Below are positions 43,397 to 52,066 of a stretch of 64,000 bases of DNA, one piece after another; the stretch's first letter is position 1; every line of letters begins with the position of its first letter. The position numbers and the translations under genes were made by a program. Under the pieces are notes generated by a model. The model did not search any database. It worked only from the letters and a program-made list of their open reading frames with translations, and was not told where the DNA came from. Source of the DNA: an uncultured Gemmatimonadaceae bacterium (GTDB lineage: Bacteria; Gemmatimonadota; Gemmatimonadetes; Gemmatimonadales; Gemmatimonadaceae). The DNA is taken from contig CAWHHI010000003.1 of NCBI GenBank assembly GCA_963829055.1, positions 518,540 to 582,539 on the forward strand. The letters are read 5' to 3'.

Positions 43397-43972
43397 TCAC
43401 ACGACGCGAGCGCGGATCGCGCGGAGTCCGCGCGCGAGCTGAATCTCGACGCCCTTGACCGAGATCCCCATGACGGACGCGATCTCCGCGTGGCGCATTT
43501 GTTCTCGCCAGCGGAGATGCATCACGAGCCGGCAGCGTTCCGGCAGTGATTCGAGCGCCGCATCGAGTCGTGCGCGGAGGTCGGCGCGCTCGAGGATCTC
43601 GTCCGCGGCCTCCGGTGGTCGATGGAGCTCGCGCACGTCGGCGATCGCTTCGTCGTGCTCCCAGTCTCGCTCGATCGATTGGCGCTGGCGAAGGTTCAAC
43701 GCGCGGTTGCGTACGGCGGCGAACAGGTACGCGCGTACCGAGCCGTGTACGTACCAGCTCTGACGGCGCGCCCACAGATCGGCGAACAGATCCTGAACGA
43801 GCTCCTCGGCCAGCGCATCCTGGCGGACGTAGCGCGCGGCGAAGTCGCAGAGCGGCGAGTAGTGGGATCGAAACACCGTTTCGAGTGCGCGCTCGTCTCC
43901 GGCACGCACGCGTGCGACGAGCGCGTCCGGGCCATCCGGTGAATCTGCCGTGCCGGCATCCTCTCGTGACAC
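43397..43972 (-). CDS. ECF sigma factor (FecI-like)
   Basis: AEELVQDLF, YLFAAVRNRALN and LPERCR...EIASVMGISVKGVE. Confidence 0.92.
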   Translation of the reverse strand: MSREDAGTADSPDGPDALVARVRAGDERALETVFRSHYSPLCDFAARYVRQDALAEELVQDLFADLWARRQSWYVHGSVRAYLFAAVRNRALNLRQRQSIERDWEHDEAIADVRELHRPPEAADEILERADLRARLDAALESLPERCRLVMHLRWREQMRHAEIASVMGISVKGVEIQLARGLRAIRARVV

Positions 43973-44080
43973 GCGATGAGAACCTCGACGACCTCGACGA
44001 CCTCAAAGAACTCGAGCACTCTGACGCACCCTACGCTGTGCCGCGTTAGGCCATGTGGCGTGGCACGGCCGGATATGCAG

Positions 44081-46762
44081 TCATCGCGACGCGCCGCCAA
44101 ACTCCCACGTGATGCCGACCGTCGGTAGCCGCGGGATCCAGTCCTCGTTGGCCCGAACGAACGTTACCTGACGGCGCTGGGGATCGATGCTCACGTTTTT
44201 CGAGTAGCCCCGCCGGTTGTGGATCCCGAAAAGATTGTACACCTCTGCGAACAGGGAGACCCGCCCGTCCCGCGTGTCGAAGAACCGGGTCCACCGCGCG
44301 TCGACGCGGCGGTACGACGGCACCCGCTCGGAGTTCAGCTCACCAGGTTTCCAACTCGGGAAGATGCCGAACGTCGTCGGCGTGTTCGCAGTGGTATCGA
44401 GGCTGACGACCTGCGGCGTATACGGCCACCCGGAGTGCCACACGCCGGCCACGCTCAGCCGCCACTTGTTACTCGTGGGTCGATACGCCCAATCGGCGGT
44501 GACCGTATGGCGCTGGTCCGTTGCCCGTGGAATGTCACGGCCGTCGACGTGATCGGTCACGGACGCCAGTGCGTAGCCTACCGACCAGTCGATACGGCGA
44601 GCCTCGTCGCGGGCGAGCAGGAGCTCGATTCCGCGAGCAAGCCCGCGTTCCGGGTCAATCCGCACGCGGTCCCAGTTGATCTCGGGAAACATCTCGATCC
44701 CTGGAGCAGCATTGATGAAACGTGGCCGCTGGTTCGAGAGCCGACGGTCGTACACCTCGACGCGTCCCAACAATCCGTGCGAGAGCATCTGTTCGACGCC
44801 GATCACGCGATGTTCGGCGCGCTCCGCGGAGAAGAACTGGCCAATGCCGTCCTGCGCCTGTAGTCCCGCGAGCGGCTGCGATTGCGAGTATCTGCCCCAC
44901 GCGCCGCGCACCGACGTGCCAGCGCGAGGCTGCCACGAGAGGTTGAGCCGCGGCGAGAACACCGCGTCGCCGGTGTGGGAGGCGCCGTCGTACCGGAGGC
45001 CGAGCTCCACGGCCAGCGATCGGAACAGGCGATAGCGTGGTGCGACGTAGGCGCCCACGCGCGTGCTCCGTGGAGACTCCCGCACCTCTGTCGTGTCCCA
45101 TGTTCGCACGACCGTGCCGGCCTCAGCCGACTCGGTCTCGACCTGGCTCCAATAGTCGTAGTCGGCCGCACCCTGTTTCACGTCGGCGCCGAACTTGAGC
45201 AGCGCGCGCGGCGTGAGCGCGAGCGACCAGTCCTGTCGTACGCCGCCGACCAGTAGTGACCGCCTGTCGTCGACGAGCGCGGTGAGCGCGCCGTTGTTGC
45301 CAATGCGATCCCCGTCGCGGCTCCACTGCAGCCGGCCTAACGATGCTACCGTCTCGTAGCGGAGCGCGCCGGCGCGGCCGTTCCAGTTCAGCCACGCGTA
45401 GCTCGAGCGATAGTGGCTGCGGATGCTCGGATCCGGCGAGTCGAGGTACGTGAGCGCGTCGCCGGCATCGAGCACGTGGAACGCCACCTGGCCAGCGCGT
45501 CCGAGGTTGTACTCCGCCTTGCCGAACACGTCGTAGTACCGCGGATTGAGCGAGTCTTGGGCGCTGGCGAGCTTGAGTGCGAGATCGAGGTAGCCGCGGC
45601 GTGCGGAAAACAGCCACGCGCCACGCCCGCTGTTGAAGTCGCCCTGCGATGTCACGCGTGCGTTCATGACGCTCAGGCCTATCGAGGTGCGCGTGCCGTC
45701 GACGTGCGGATCCACCGAGCGCATGGTGAACACGCCGGTGAGCCGATCTCCGTAGTCGGCGGAAAAGCCGCCGGTGGTCAGCTCGACGCCACCGATGGCG
45801 CGGCTGTCGATGATCGAGAGCCCGCCGCCGATGTCCTTGAGGTGAAACGGCTCGATGAGCTCGAGGCCGTCGAGCGTGACGTACAACTCGCTGCTCGAGC
45901 CGCCGCGCACGAAGAAGTCCGCGGAAAAATCCGACGACGTCACTCCCGGCAGGCGGTTCACGGCGCGGTAGATGTCCTCGCCGATCTGCGGAATGTTCTC
46001 GATGCGCTGTCGCGACATCGTCTGCTGGGTGCCGAGTCCAGGTTGCATCATCCCGAAGTAGCCGGGCGTCACGACCATCTCGGCGAGCGTGATCGGTGCG
46101 TGCTCGAGCGGGACCTCGAGGAGTGGTGTGATCTCGTCATCGGCGACAGTCAATCGCTCGATGTCGGTGGGCCGGAAGCCAAGTCTCGTGATGCGTGCGG
46201 TGTAGACGCCGGCGGGAATACGACCGAGCGAGAACCGGCCGCCCTCGCGACTCACCGTCGCGAAGCGCGTTCCCGCGAGCTCGACACGCGCGCCGGCGAG
46301 CGGCGCGGACGTGATGGCGTCGCGCACCGTTCCTTCCACGACTCCCGCTCGCTGACCCGTGGAGCGCGCGACGAGCACGAGCTGTCCCGACGGCGACACC
46401 ATCGCCTGGATGGGCGAGTGCTCGAGCGCCTGCAGGATGGCCCGCGCGGCCGCGACGCGCGTTAGGCTGAGCGAGATCTTGTGGTCGATGCCCGGCAGCG
46501 ACGCGTCGTACGTGAGACTCAGGCCGGCCTGTTTGGCGATCATGGAGACAACGTCACTCAGGGCGGCGTCGGTGACGGAGATCGTCACCGGAGTCACCAG
46601 CGCGGGCGCGGTGCCGATCGAGTCTGCGGCGAGCGGGGCGAACGTCGAGCGCGACGGGGCCTGTGCGGCGCAGACCGTCGCCGCGAATGCCGAGGTGATC
46701 GCAAGCGAGACCAGCACGAACGCGCGCCACAGCACGCGTACGGTAGTGAGACGACGCAACAT
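44081..46762 (-). CDS. TonB-dependent receptor/transducer with STN and carboxypeptidase-regulatory-like domains
   Basis: Signal peptide, STN-like segment, plug (LPGV, FFVRGG, GGFSADYGDRLTGV) and barrel (GLRYD, SPRL, EVYNL). TAATG-coupled to fecR. Confidence 0.9.
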   Translation of the reverse strand: MLRRLTTVRVLWRAFVLVSLAITSAFAATVCAAQAPSRSTFAPLAADSIGTAPALVTPVTISVTDAALSDVVSMIAKQAGLSLTYDASLPGIDHKISLSLTRVAAARAILQALEHSPIQAMVSPSGQLVLVARSTGQRAGVVEGTVRDAITSAPLAGARVELAGTRFATVSREGGRFSLGRIPAGVYTARITRLGFRPTDIERLTVADDEITPLLEVPLEHAPITLAEMVVTPGYFGMMQPGLGTQQTMSRQRIENIPQIGEDIYRAVNRLPGVTSSDFSADFFVRGGSSSELYVTLDGLELIEPFHLKDIGGGLSIIDSRAIGGVELTTGGFSADYGDRLTGVFTMRSVDPHVDGTRTSIGLSVMNARVTSQGDFNSGRGAWLFSARRGYLDLALKLASAQDSLNPRYYDVFGKAEYNLGRAGQVAFHVLDAGDALTYLDSPDPSIRSHYRSSYAWLNWNGRAGALRYETVASLGRLQWSRDGDRIGNNGALTALVDDRRSLLVGGVRQDWSLALTPRALLKFGADVKQGAADYDYWSQVETESAEAGTVVRTWDTTEVRESPRSTRVGAYVAPRYRLFRSLAVELGLRYDGASHTGDAVFSPRLNLSWQPRAGTSVRGAWGRYSQSQPLAGLQAQDGIGQFFSAERAEHRVIGVEQMLSHGLLGRVEVYDRRLSNQRPRFINAAPGIEMFPEINWDRVRIDPERGLARGIELLLARDEARRIDWSVGYALASVTDHVDGRDIPRATDQRHTVTADWAYRPTSNKWRLSVAGVWHSGWPYTPQVVSLDTTANTPTTFGIFPSWKPGELNSERVPSYRRVDARWTRFFDTRDGRVSLFAEVYNLFGIHNRRGYSKNVSIDPQRRQVTFVRANEDWIPRLPTVGITWEFGGASR

Positions 46763-47796
46763 TATCGGGTGATCGGTGCGAGCGTGATGGACCGGCCGGA
46801 CTGCTGCCACCGCGCACCGAGTGCGAGCGTCAACGCGTCGAGCATCTGTGGGAGTGTTTCGTCGTGAAAGCGAGCCGACACGCGCCGTGCGGCGAGGCGT
46901 GGGTCGGAGACGGTGATCGTCGCGTCGTACCAGCGCTCGAGCTGCGGGATCGCCTCGGCTAGCGTTAGGCCGTCGAGCACGAGCGAGCCGCCGGTCCAGG
47001 CGGTCCAGCGCTCTACCGGAACGTTCGACTCGACCGTGGGTGGTCCGGAGGCGTCGAGTCGGCCGAGCTGGCCGACGGCGAGGATGGCGCTATCTGCTTC
47101 GGGGCGCTCGTGACGCAGCGATACCGCGCCCTCGGCGACGATGACCTCGATGCCGGGTAGCTCGGCGTAGGCGCGCACGACGAAGCGGGTACCGAGGTCG
47201 TGGGCGATGGCGTCGCGTGCGTGGACGCGGAATGGGCGCGCGGCGTCGTGGGTGACGACGAAGTACGCCTCGCCCTCGAGGTAGACGTCGCGACTGCGGG
47301 TGCCGAAGTCGGGTGCGAGACGGAGGCGGCTGCCGGCGTTCAGGGTGACGCGAGAGCCGTCGCCGAGGGTGACGGTATTGCGTGAGCCGTTAGGCGTGAT
47401 GATTTCCGTGGCGATGGCGGCTGTCGACGCGATCGGTGACGGACGTCCCAGACGCGACGCGACCTGCCATGCCGCCAGTGAGCCGGCGGCGAGGATCAGG
47501 CCGGCCGCGATGCGCCAGCGAGTGGTGGTGTCGCGAAGCGGGGTGACGGCGCGCCGCGGGCTTTGCGTGGCGGGCGTGTCGTGGTCGGTCGTGAGACGAG
47601 GGCGGACCCGTGTCCAGGCGAGGCTGGCATCCCACCGCCGAGGCGTGCCAGTGGCGAAGTCGGAGCGGAGCATCTCGAGCGCCTGTGCCCAGGCGGGATC
47701 GGCTTGGGAGCGCGCCTGCACGTCGGCGGCCTCGGCCGGCGTGGCTTCGCCGGCGAGGTAGCGATCGATGAGCTGCCAATCCAGGGGTTCGGGCAT
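46762..47796 (-). CDS. FecR-family anti-sigma sensor
   Basis: LGDGSRVTLNAGSRL, LEGEAYFVV, LGTRFVV and LERWYD. Confidence 0.93.
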   Translation of the reverse strand: MPEPLDWQLIDRYLAGEATPAEAADVQARSQADPAWAQALEMLRSDFATGTPRRWDASLAWTRVRPRLTTDHDTPATQSPRRAVTPLRDTTTRWRIAAGLILAAGSLAAWQVASRLGRPSPIASTAAIATEIITPNGSRNTVTLGDGSRVTLNAGSRLRLAPDFGTRSRDVYLEGEAYFVVTHDAARPFRVHARDAIAHDLGTRFVVRAYAELPGIEVIVAEGAVSLRHERPEADSAILAVGQLGRLDASGPPTVESNVPVERWTAWTGGSLVLDGLTLAEAIPQLERWYDATITVSDPRLAARRVSARFHDETLPQMLDALTLALGARWQQSGRSITLAPITR

Positions 47797-47969
47797 TGGT
47801 GTCCGGTGGGTGTCGTGGAGTGGGACAACCGAGCCGGGAAAAACCCCACACGATGGATTCAGGGGGTGAAATCAGCCACGAACGGGCATTCGCGAGACTG
47901 GCGGGTGTAAGCCGCGCTCGGCGAACGGGTTGAACGGCGTTGGGGGGGCGGTTAGCTTATGTGGCTCGC

Positions 47970-48042
<73 letters not shown>

Positions 48043-48573
48043 TTCAAGCAGGACAACAACTTAGATGACCATGGCGCGGCCGGTCGCGCGACACCCGTGC
48101 GGGAGTATATGCGGGAGTCGCATGCCGACTCGGCCGCGCTACGTTTCCGTAAACGCGACAATGCATTGAGCAGCATGAGCGAAGGACTCACGCCTGATGC
48201 CGGATCGGGTGTTTACCAGGCAAGCCGGATCACTGACAGCGAGCGGTATCTGACGGCACCGTCGTTTTCGTCCTGGCGGCGGATGTGACGTTCTACTAAC
48301 TCGCGACGGCGTTTCAGCTCGACTTCAGTGCACAGAGGCGATGTACCTCGACGGGGCTGTATCGCGACCGTACGCCCGCGGGGTTACCGGCCCGCCTTCG
48401 AGCGGGGATGCTTTCGCCGCGCTCATAGCCGTTCTGGCCAAGGATTGAACGGCAGTGCCGAACTGGAGTTATGCAACGTCGTGATTTCCTGTGCCTAACG
48501 GTAGCCTCGTAGTATCGCAGGTCACGCTTGGCACCGCCGCGACCGGTAGGCGGCCCACCTCGTCGCGCCATCC

Positions 48574-48646
48574 TGTCCAGCAGCAAGAACGCGTCGCCGT
48601 ACTGGAGCGCCACGTTCAGGTCATGGAGCACCGCGATCACGCCTGT
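48574..48646 (-). pseudogene. Fragment of an iron-complex ABC transporter ATPase
   Basis: GVIAVLHDLNVALQYGDAFLLLD matches the FecE/HmuV-type H-loop region; no Walker A or signature motif nearby. Confidence 0.55.
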
Positions 48647-49762
48647 GACCTTAGAGGCGGTCACTCTCCGAACAGGAGATAACATCCGTGGTTCTTTGCC
48701 GCTCCGTGTGGATGAAAGGACTTCAGTCACGTATCCGGAGTGGCAGTCCGTCGTGCGGGAGGGTGAGCCCGGCACCCCGGCAGCTTACTTCTCGGACGGG
48801 CTCCGACACAGCGAATTGAAGCTGCGCGCTTCCTTCCGACAGAATGATGGGGCGGTTCACGCCTTTCGCGTTCGTGCTACCCCGACGTCCACGAAGGCCG
48901 GCCTACTCGGCAACGTGGTAGAAAGTCCGCTGATCGAGTTCGACACAGCGGGTCTTGCGTCCAACGTCGAGCTGTCACTCGCGAACGGGCGTACGAGTTC
49001 CAGTCCTGTAGGCATCTACCCGGTGGAGTGGACTTGGGAATGCCAAGTCCAGCGAATGGGCAACTAGGGTAGCTGGAAGGAGATAGGCCGTAGCCGACAT
49101 CGCGTCTATTTGCTGCTCGATGAGTCACACGGCCCGTGGACGACTGACGCGAACTCGCCGAACGGTCTGTGGACCGAACTCTTGGACGTCGCGTGCGCCT
49201 GGGCCGCGGGTGCGAGGTCACCAGAGCAAGTAGCGGCGGGCATAACGCGAGGTTTAAGCGAGGCGGCGCGTCAGCCGCACGCTTCTGGCGGCACCGTCTT
49301 CTCGTACGACACGAGTTCCGGCTATTACCAAGACGCCCTTTACAGGGCATTCGAGAACACGATCACCCTGCCGCAGTTCTTCATGGCTGACTGGCTCGCG
49401 CGTCTTCGGGGCGAACAGTCGCGGGGGGCTACAATGAACTGCTACGACTGCGCCAACGCAGTTGCCAGTCTTGCCAACGCACTGGGGTGTCGCGCTGAAG
49501 TCGTGAGCATCCTGGTCGACCGGCCGGGACAAATCCCCCTAACTTTTCCACACGCCCCGTGTCTCTTATCGGAGAGCCCGCGAACCATCTGGCCGTGCGC
49601 AAGTTTCCCGTGCATGCGGTGGCATGCGTGGCAGGTCCTACACGCCACGGGAAAGCGTTCGATGCATGTGTGAGCCTCGCAGGAAGCCGCGGAGGGGTCG
49701 CGGGATTGCCGTTCTCGGGTGAACCGGGAGGATACCCTTTCCGCCGTCGTCGCAGCCCCTGA
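48645..49762 (+). pseudogene. Transglutaminase/papain-fold-like protein interrupted by an in-frame TAG (49065-49067) and a frameshift (~49530)
   Basis: ORFs 48528-49067 and 49110-49673 share a frame with sensible sequence across the TAG. NCYDCA is followed by FPVHAV and FDAC in the next frame, giving a Cys-His-Asp order. Confidence 0.6.
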
Positions 49763-49822
49763 CGTTCCAAGCGTGTATCTCATGGCCGCCGCGCTTCCGC
49801 CGGTTGTCGTACCAAGAGTGCG

Positions 49823-50112
49823 ATGAAAGCAAGCTTCGCCTCCTGCCGCGTCTGGGTCGGCGACGCCGAGGTCACAGCGCACCTGTTCGTCTGCACGTTA
49901 TTCTACTCGCGCCGACTCTACCCGGAGGCCTTCCCTCACGAGCGGCTCGGCGCCGTCTTCGAGGGCCACGAGCACGCCTTCCGGCACTTCGGTGGCGTGC
50001 CGGCCCAGGTCGTCGTGGACAACGCGCGACCGGTGGTCCTGCGCCACGACCGCGACGCGGAGACGGGGCGCCACCGCGTAGTCTGGCACTCGACGTACGC
50101 CGACTTCGCGGC
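49823..50112 (+). pseudogene. IS21-family transposase (IstA) fragment, central integrase core
   Basis: LFVCTLFYSRR...AF...HEHAFRHFGGVP..VVVDNA. Confidence 0.88.
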
Positions 50113-50221
50113 TAGGCTTTGATCGTTCGCCGATCAGCTCCCGCGGATTAGCGCGTTTCATGCTACACGGCTTCGCCAGGGTGTGGCGTATCCGGCCTCT
50201 CATTCACCGGCAGGAGGCATT

Positions 50222-51613
50222 GTGCGTCTTGGCATGCTCGAAGTAGCGAGGCTCATGTCCGCGCTCATCGCGGCAGTTACGGTTGCGGCGTGCAACAACG
50301 ATGACAATGCAGTTCAGCCGACAACCCAATCGTACACGCTCGCCGTCGCCAACGCGACGGTGACCACAGCGCCGGGTGGAACGGCGACGCAGACCGTCAA
50401 CATCACGAGAACGGGCGGCTTCACCGGAGCTGTCGCGCTCACCGCCACGGGCCTCCCGACAGGCGTGACAGCAGCGTTCGATCCGCAAAGCGCCACCGGC
50501 AACTCGTCGACCCTGACGCTCACTGCCGCCGCCAACGCAGCACCAGGGAACGCAACGGTCACGGTGAAAGGGACGGCAACGGGACAGGCCGACAAGACCG
50601 TCACGTTCCAGCTGACGGTCAACGCCGCACCGGCCGGCGGGTTCACACTGGCCGCGAACCCGGCGACACTCACCATTCAGCAGGGAGCGGCCGGCACATC
50701 GACGGTGAACATCACGCGGACCAACGGGTTCGCTGGCGCCGTCACGCTCACGGTGACCGGTCTGCCTAACGGCGTGACGGCCACGTTCAATCCCGCGGCG
50801 CCGACGACAAACTCCTCGACGCTGACGCTGACGGCATCGGCGACCGCGGCGACCGGTTCAGCCGCCGTGACGATCCGCGGGAACGCGACAGGGCTGACCG
50901 AGCAGACGACCACGCTCGCCTTGACCGTGAACGCCCCTCCAGCCGGTGGCTTCACGCTGGCGATGAACCCCGCGGCGCTGACGGTGGTGCAGGGTCTCTC
51001 CGCCACCTCCACCGTGAACATTACGAGAACCGGTGGATTTGCCGGCTCGGTCAGCCTCACGGCAAGCGGCCTGCCTAACGGCGTGACGGCGGCGTTCAAC
51101 CCGACGGACGCCACGGGGGCGACATCGACGCTCACGCTCACGGCGTCGGCGACGGCTGCGATCGGCACCGTAACGGTCACGATCAAGGGCACGTCGCAAG
51201 GTCAGACCGATCAGACCACGACGCTTGCGCTCACCGTCAACATCCCGGGCAGCTTCTCGCTGGAAGTCAATCCGAAGACGCTCACGATTCAGCAGGGAGC
51301 GAATGGCACGGCGACGGTGACCATCACGCGAACGGGCGGGTTCACCGGCGCAGTCACGCTGACCGCAATCGGCCTGCCTAACGGGGTGACGGCCACGTTC
51401 AACCCGGCCGCACCAACCACGGACCAGTCGACGTTGACGCTCACCGCCTCGGCGACGGCCGCACCGGGTTCGACGACCGTGACGATTCAGGGGAACGGGA
51501 CGGGTCTCGGCGAACACACGACGACGATCACGCTGATTGTGAGCAGTCCGGCAGGGAGCAGCGGGAATGTCGGTGCGAGTACGGGAAGGTCCTCGACCGG
51601 GAGCTCACCGTGA
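50222..51613 (+). CDS. Lipoprotein with four ~100-aa Thr/Ala-rich Ig-like beta-sandwich repeats (C-terminus possibly truncated)
   Basis: AGGAGG before GTG 50222; lipobox VAAC; four repeats of TVNITRTGGF.G.V.LTA.GLP.GVTA.F.P...STLTLTA. Confidence 0.85.
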   Translation: MRLGMLEVARLMSALIAAVTVAACNNDDNAVQPTTQSYTLAVANATVTTAPGGTATQTVNITRTGGFTGAVALTATGLPTGVTAAFDPQSATGNSSTLTLTAAANAAPGNATVTVKGTATGQADKTVTFQLTVNAAPAGGFTLAANPATLTIQQGAAGTSTVNITRTNGFAGAVTLTVTGLPNGVTATFNPAAPTTNSSTLTLTASATAATGSAAVTIRGNATGLTEQTTTLALTVNAPPAGGFTLAMNPAALTVVQGLSATSTVNITRTGGFAGSVSLTASGLPNGVTAAFNPTDATGATSTLTLTASATAAIGTVTVTIKGTSQGQTDQTTTLALTVNIPGSFSLEVNPKTLTIQQGANGTATVTITRTGGFTGAVTLTAIGLPNGVTATFNPAAPTTDQSTLTLTASATAAPGSTTVTIQGNGTGLGEHTTTITLIVSSPAGSSGNVGASTGRSSTGSSP

Positions 51614-51746
51614 TCCCGCTCTAGCGCGTGTCCGGACCGACGGGCGGCCGCATGCTGGCCGACCGCTGACTCGAACGAGCGACGGGCGCGGCTCCTCGGA
51701 GCCGCGCCCGTTTGCTTTCTTCCGACTGAGGCGTAATAACGGACCG

Positions 51747-51905
51747 GGGGTCAAGTACGTGCAGCGGAACGCGCTCGCCGGGAAGCGCTTCCGGTCGTGG
51801 GAGCATCTGAACGCGTGGCTGCTCGAGTGGGCCACGACGGTCGCCGACACGCGCGTGCACGGGACGACGCACGAGGTGCCGCGCGAGCGCTTCGCCCGGG
51901 AGGTG
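51747..51905 (+). pseudogene. IS21-family transposase (IstA) fragment, downstream part
   Basis: GVKYVQRNALAGKRFRSWEHLNAWLLEWATTVADTRVHGTTHEVPRERFARE. Confidence 0.88.
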
Positions 51906-52066
51906 AATCAGCCAACGATCATCGGTGGGGACCATTGAGCGCACCCCAATGCCCACCTCTGTCGAGGCCCCCGTGTCCTGAGGCCGTCGTCGTGGCAATG
52001 CGGGTTCGGGGTTGCGGTGCTACATGGGCGGACCATCTTGTTCGACTCTCCGTCTGAGCCATACCC

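Noticed and set aside
43982..44017. ACCTCGACG 9-mer tandem repeat upstream of the ECF sigma
   Set aside because: Only 2-4 degenerate units; no supportable function.
50330..51540. ~300-bp periodic repeats as a possible CRISPR array or cassette array
   Set aside because: They are in-frame, diverged protein repeats with no constant repeat/unique spacer pattern and no cas genes.
48043..52000. Prophage or integrase gene at the tRNA
   Set aside because: No recombinase or phage structural motifs were recognised in any frame.
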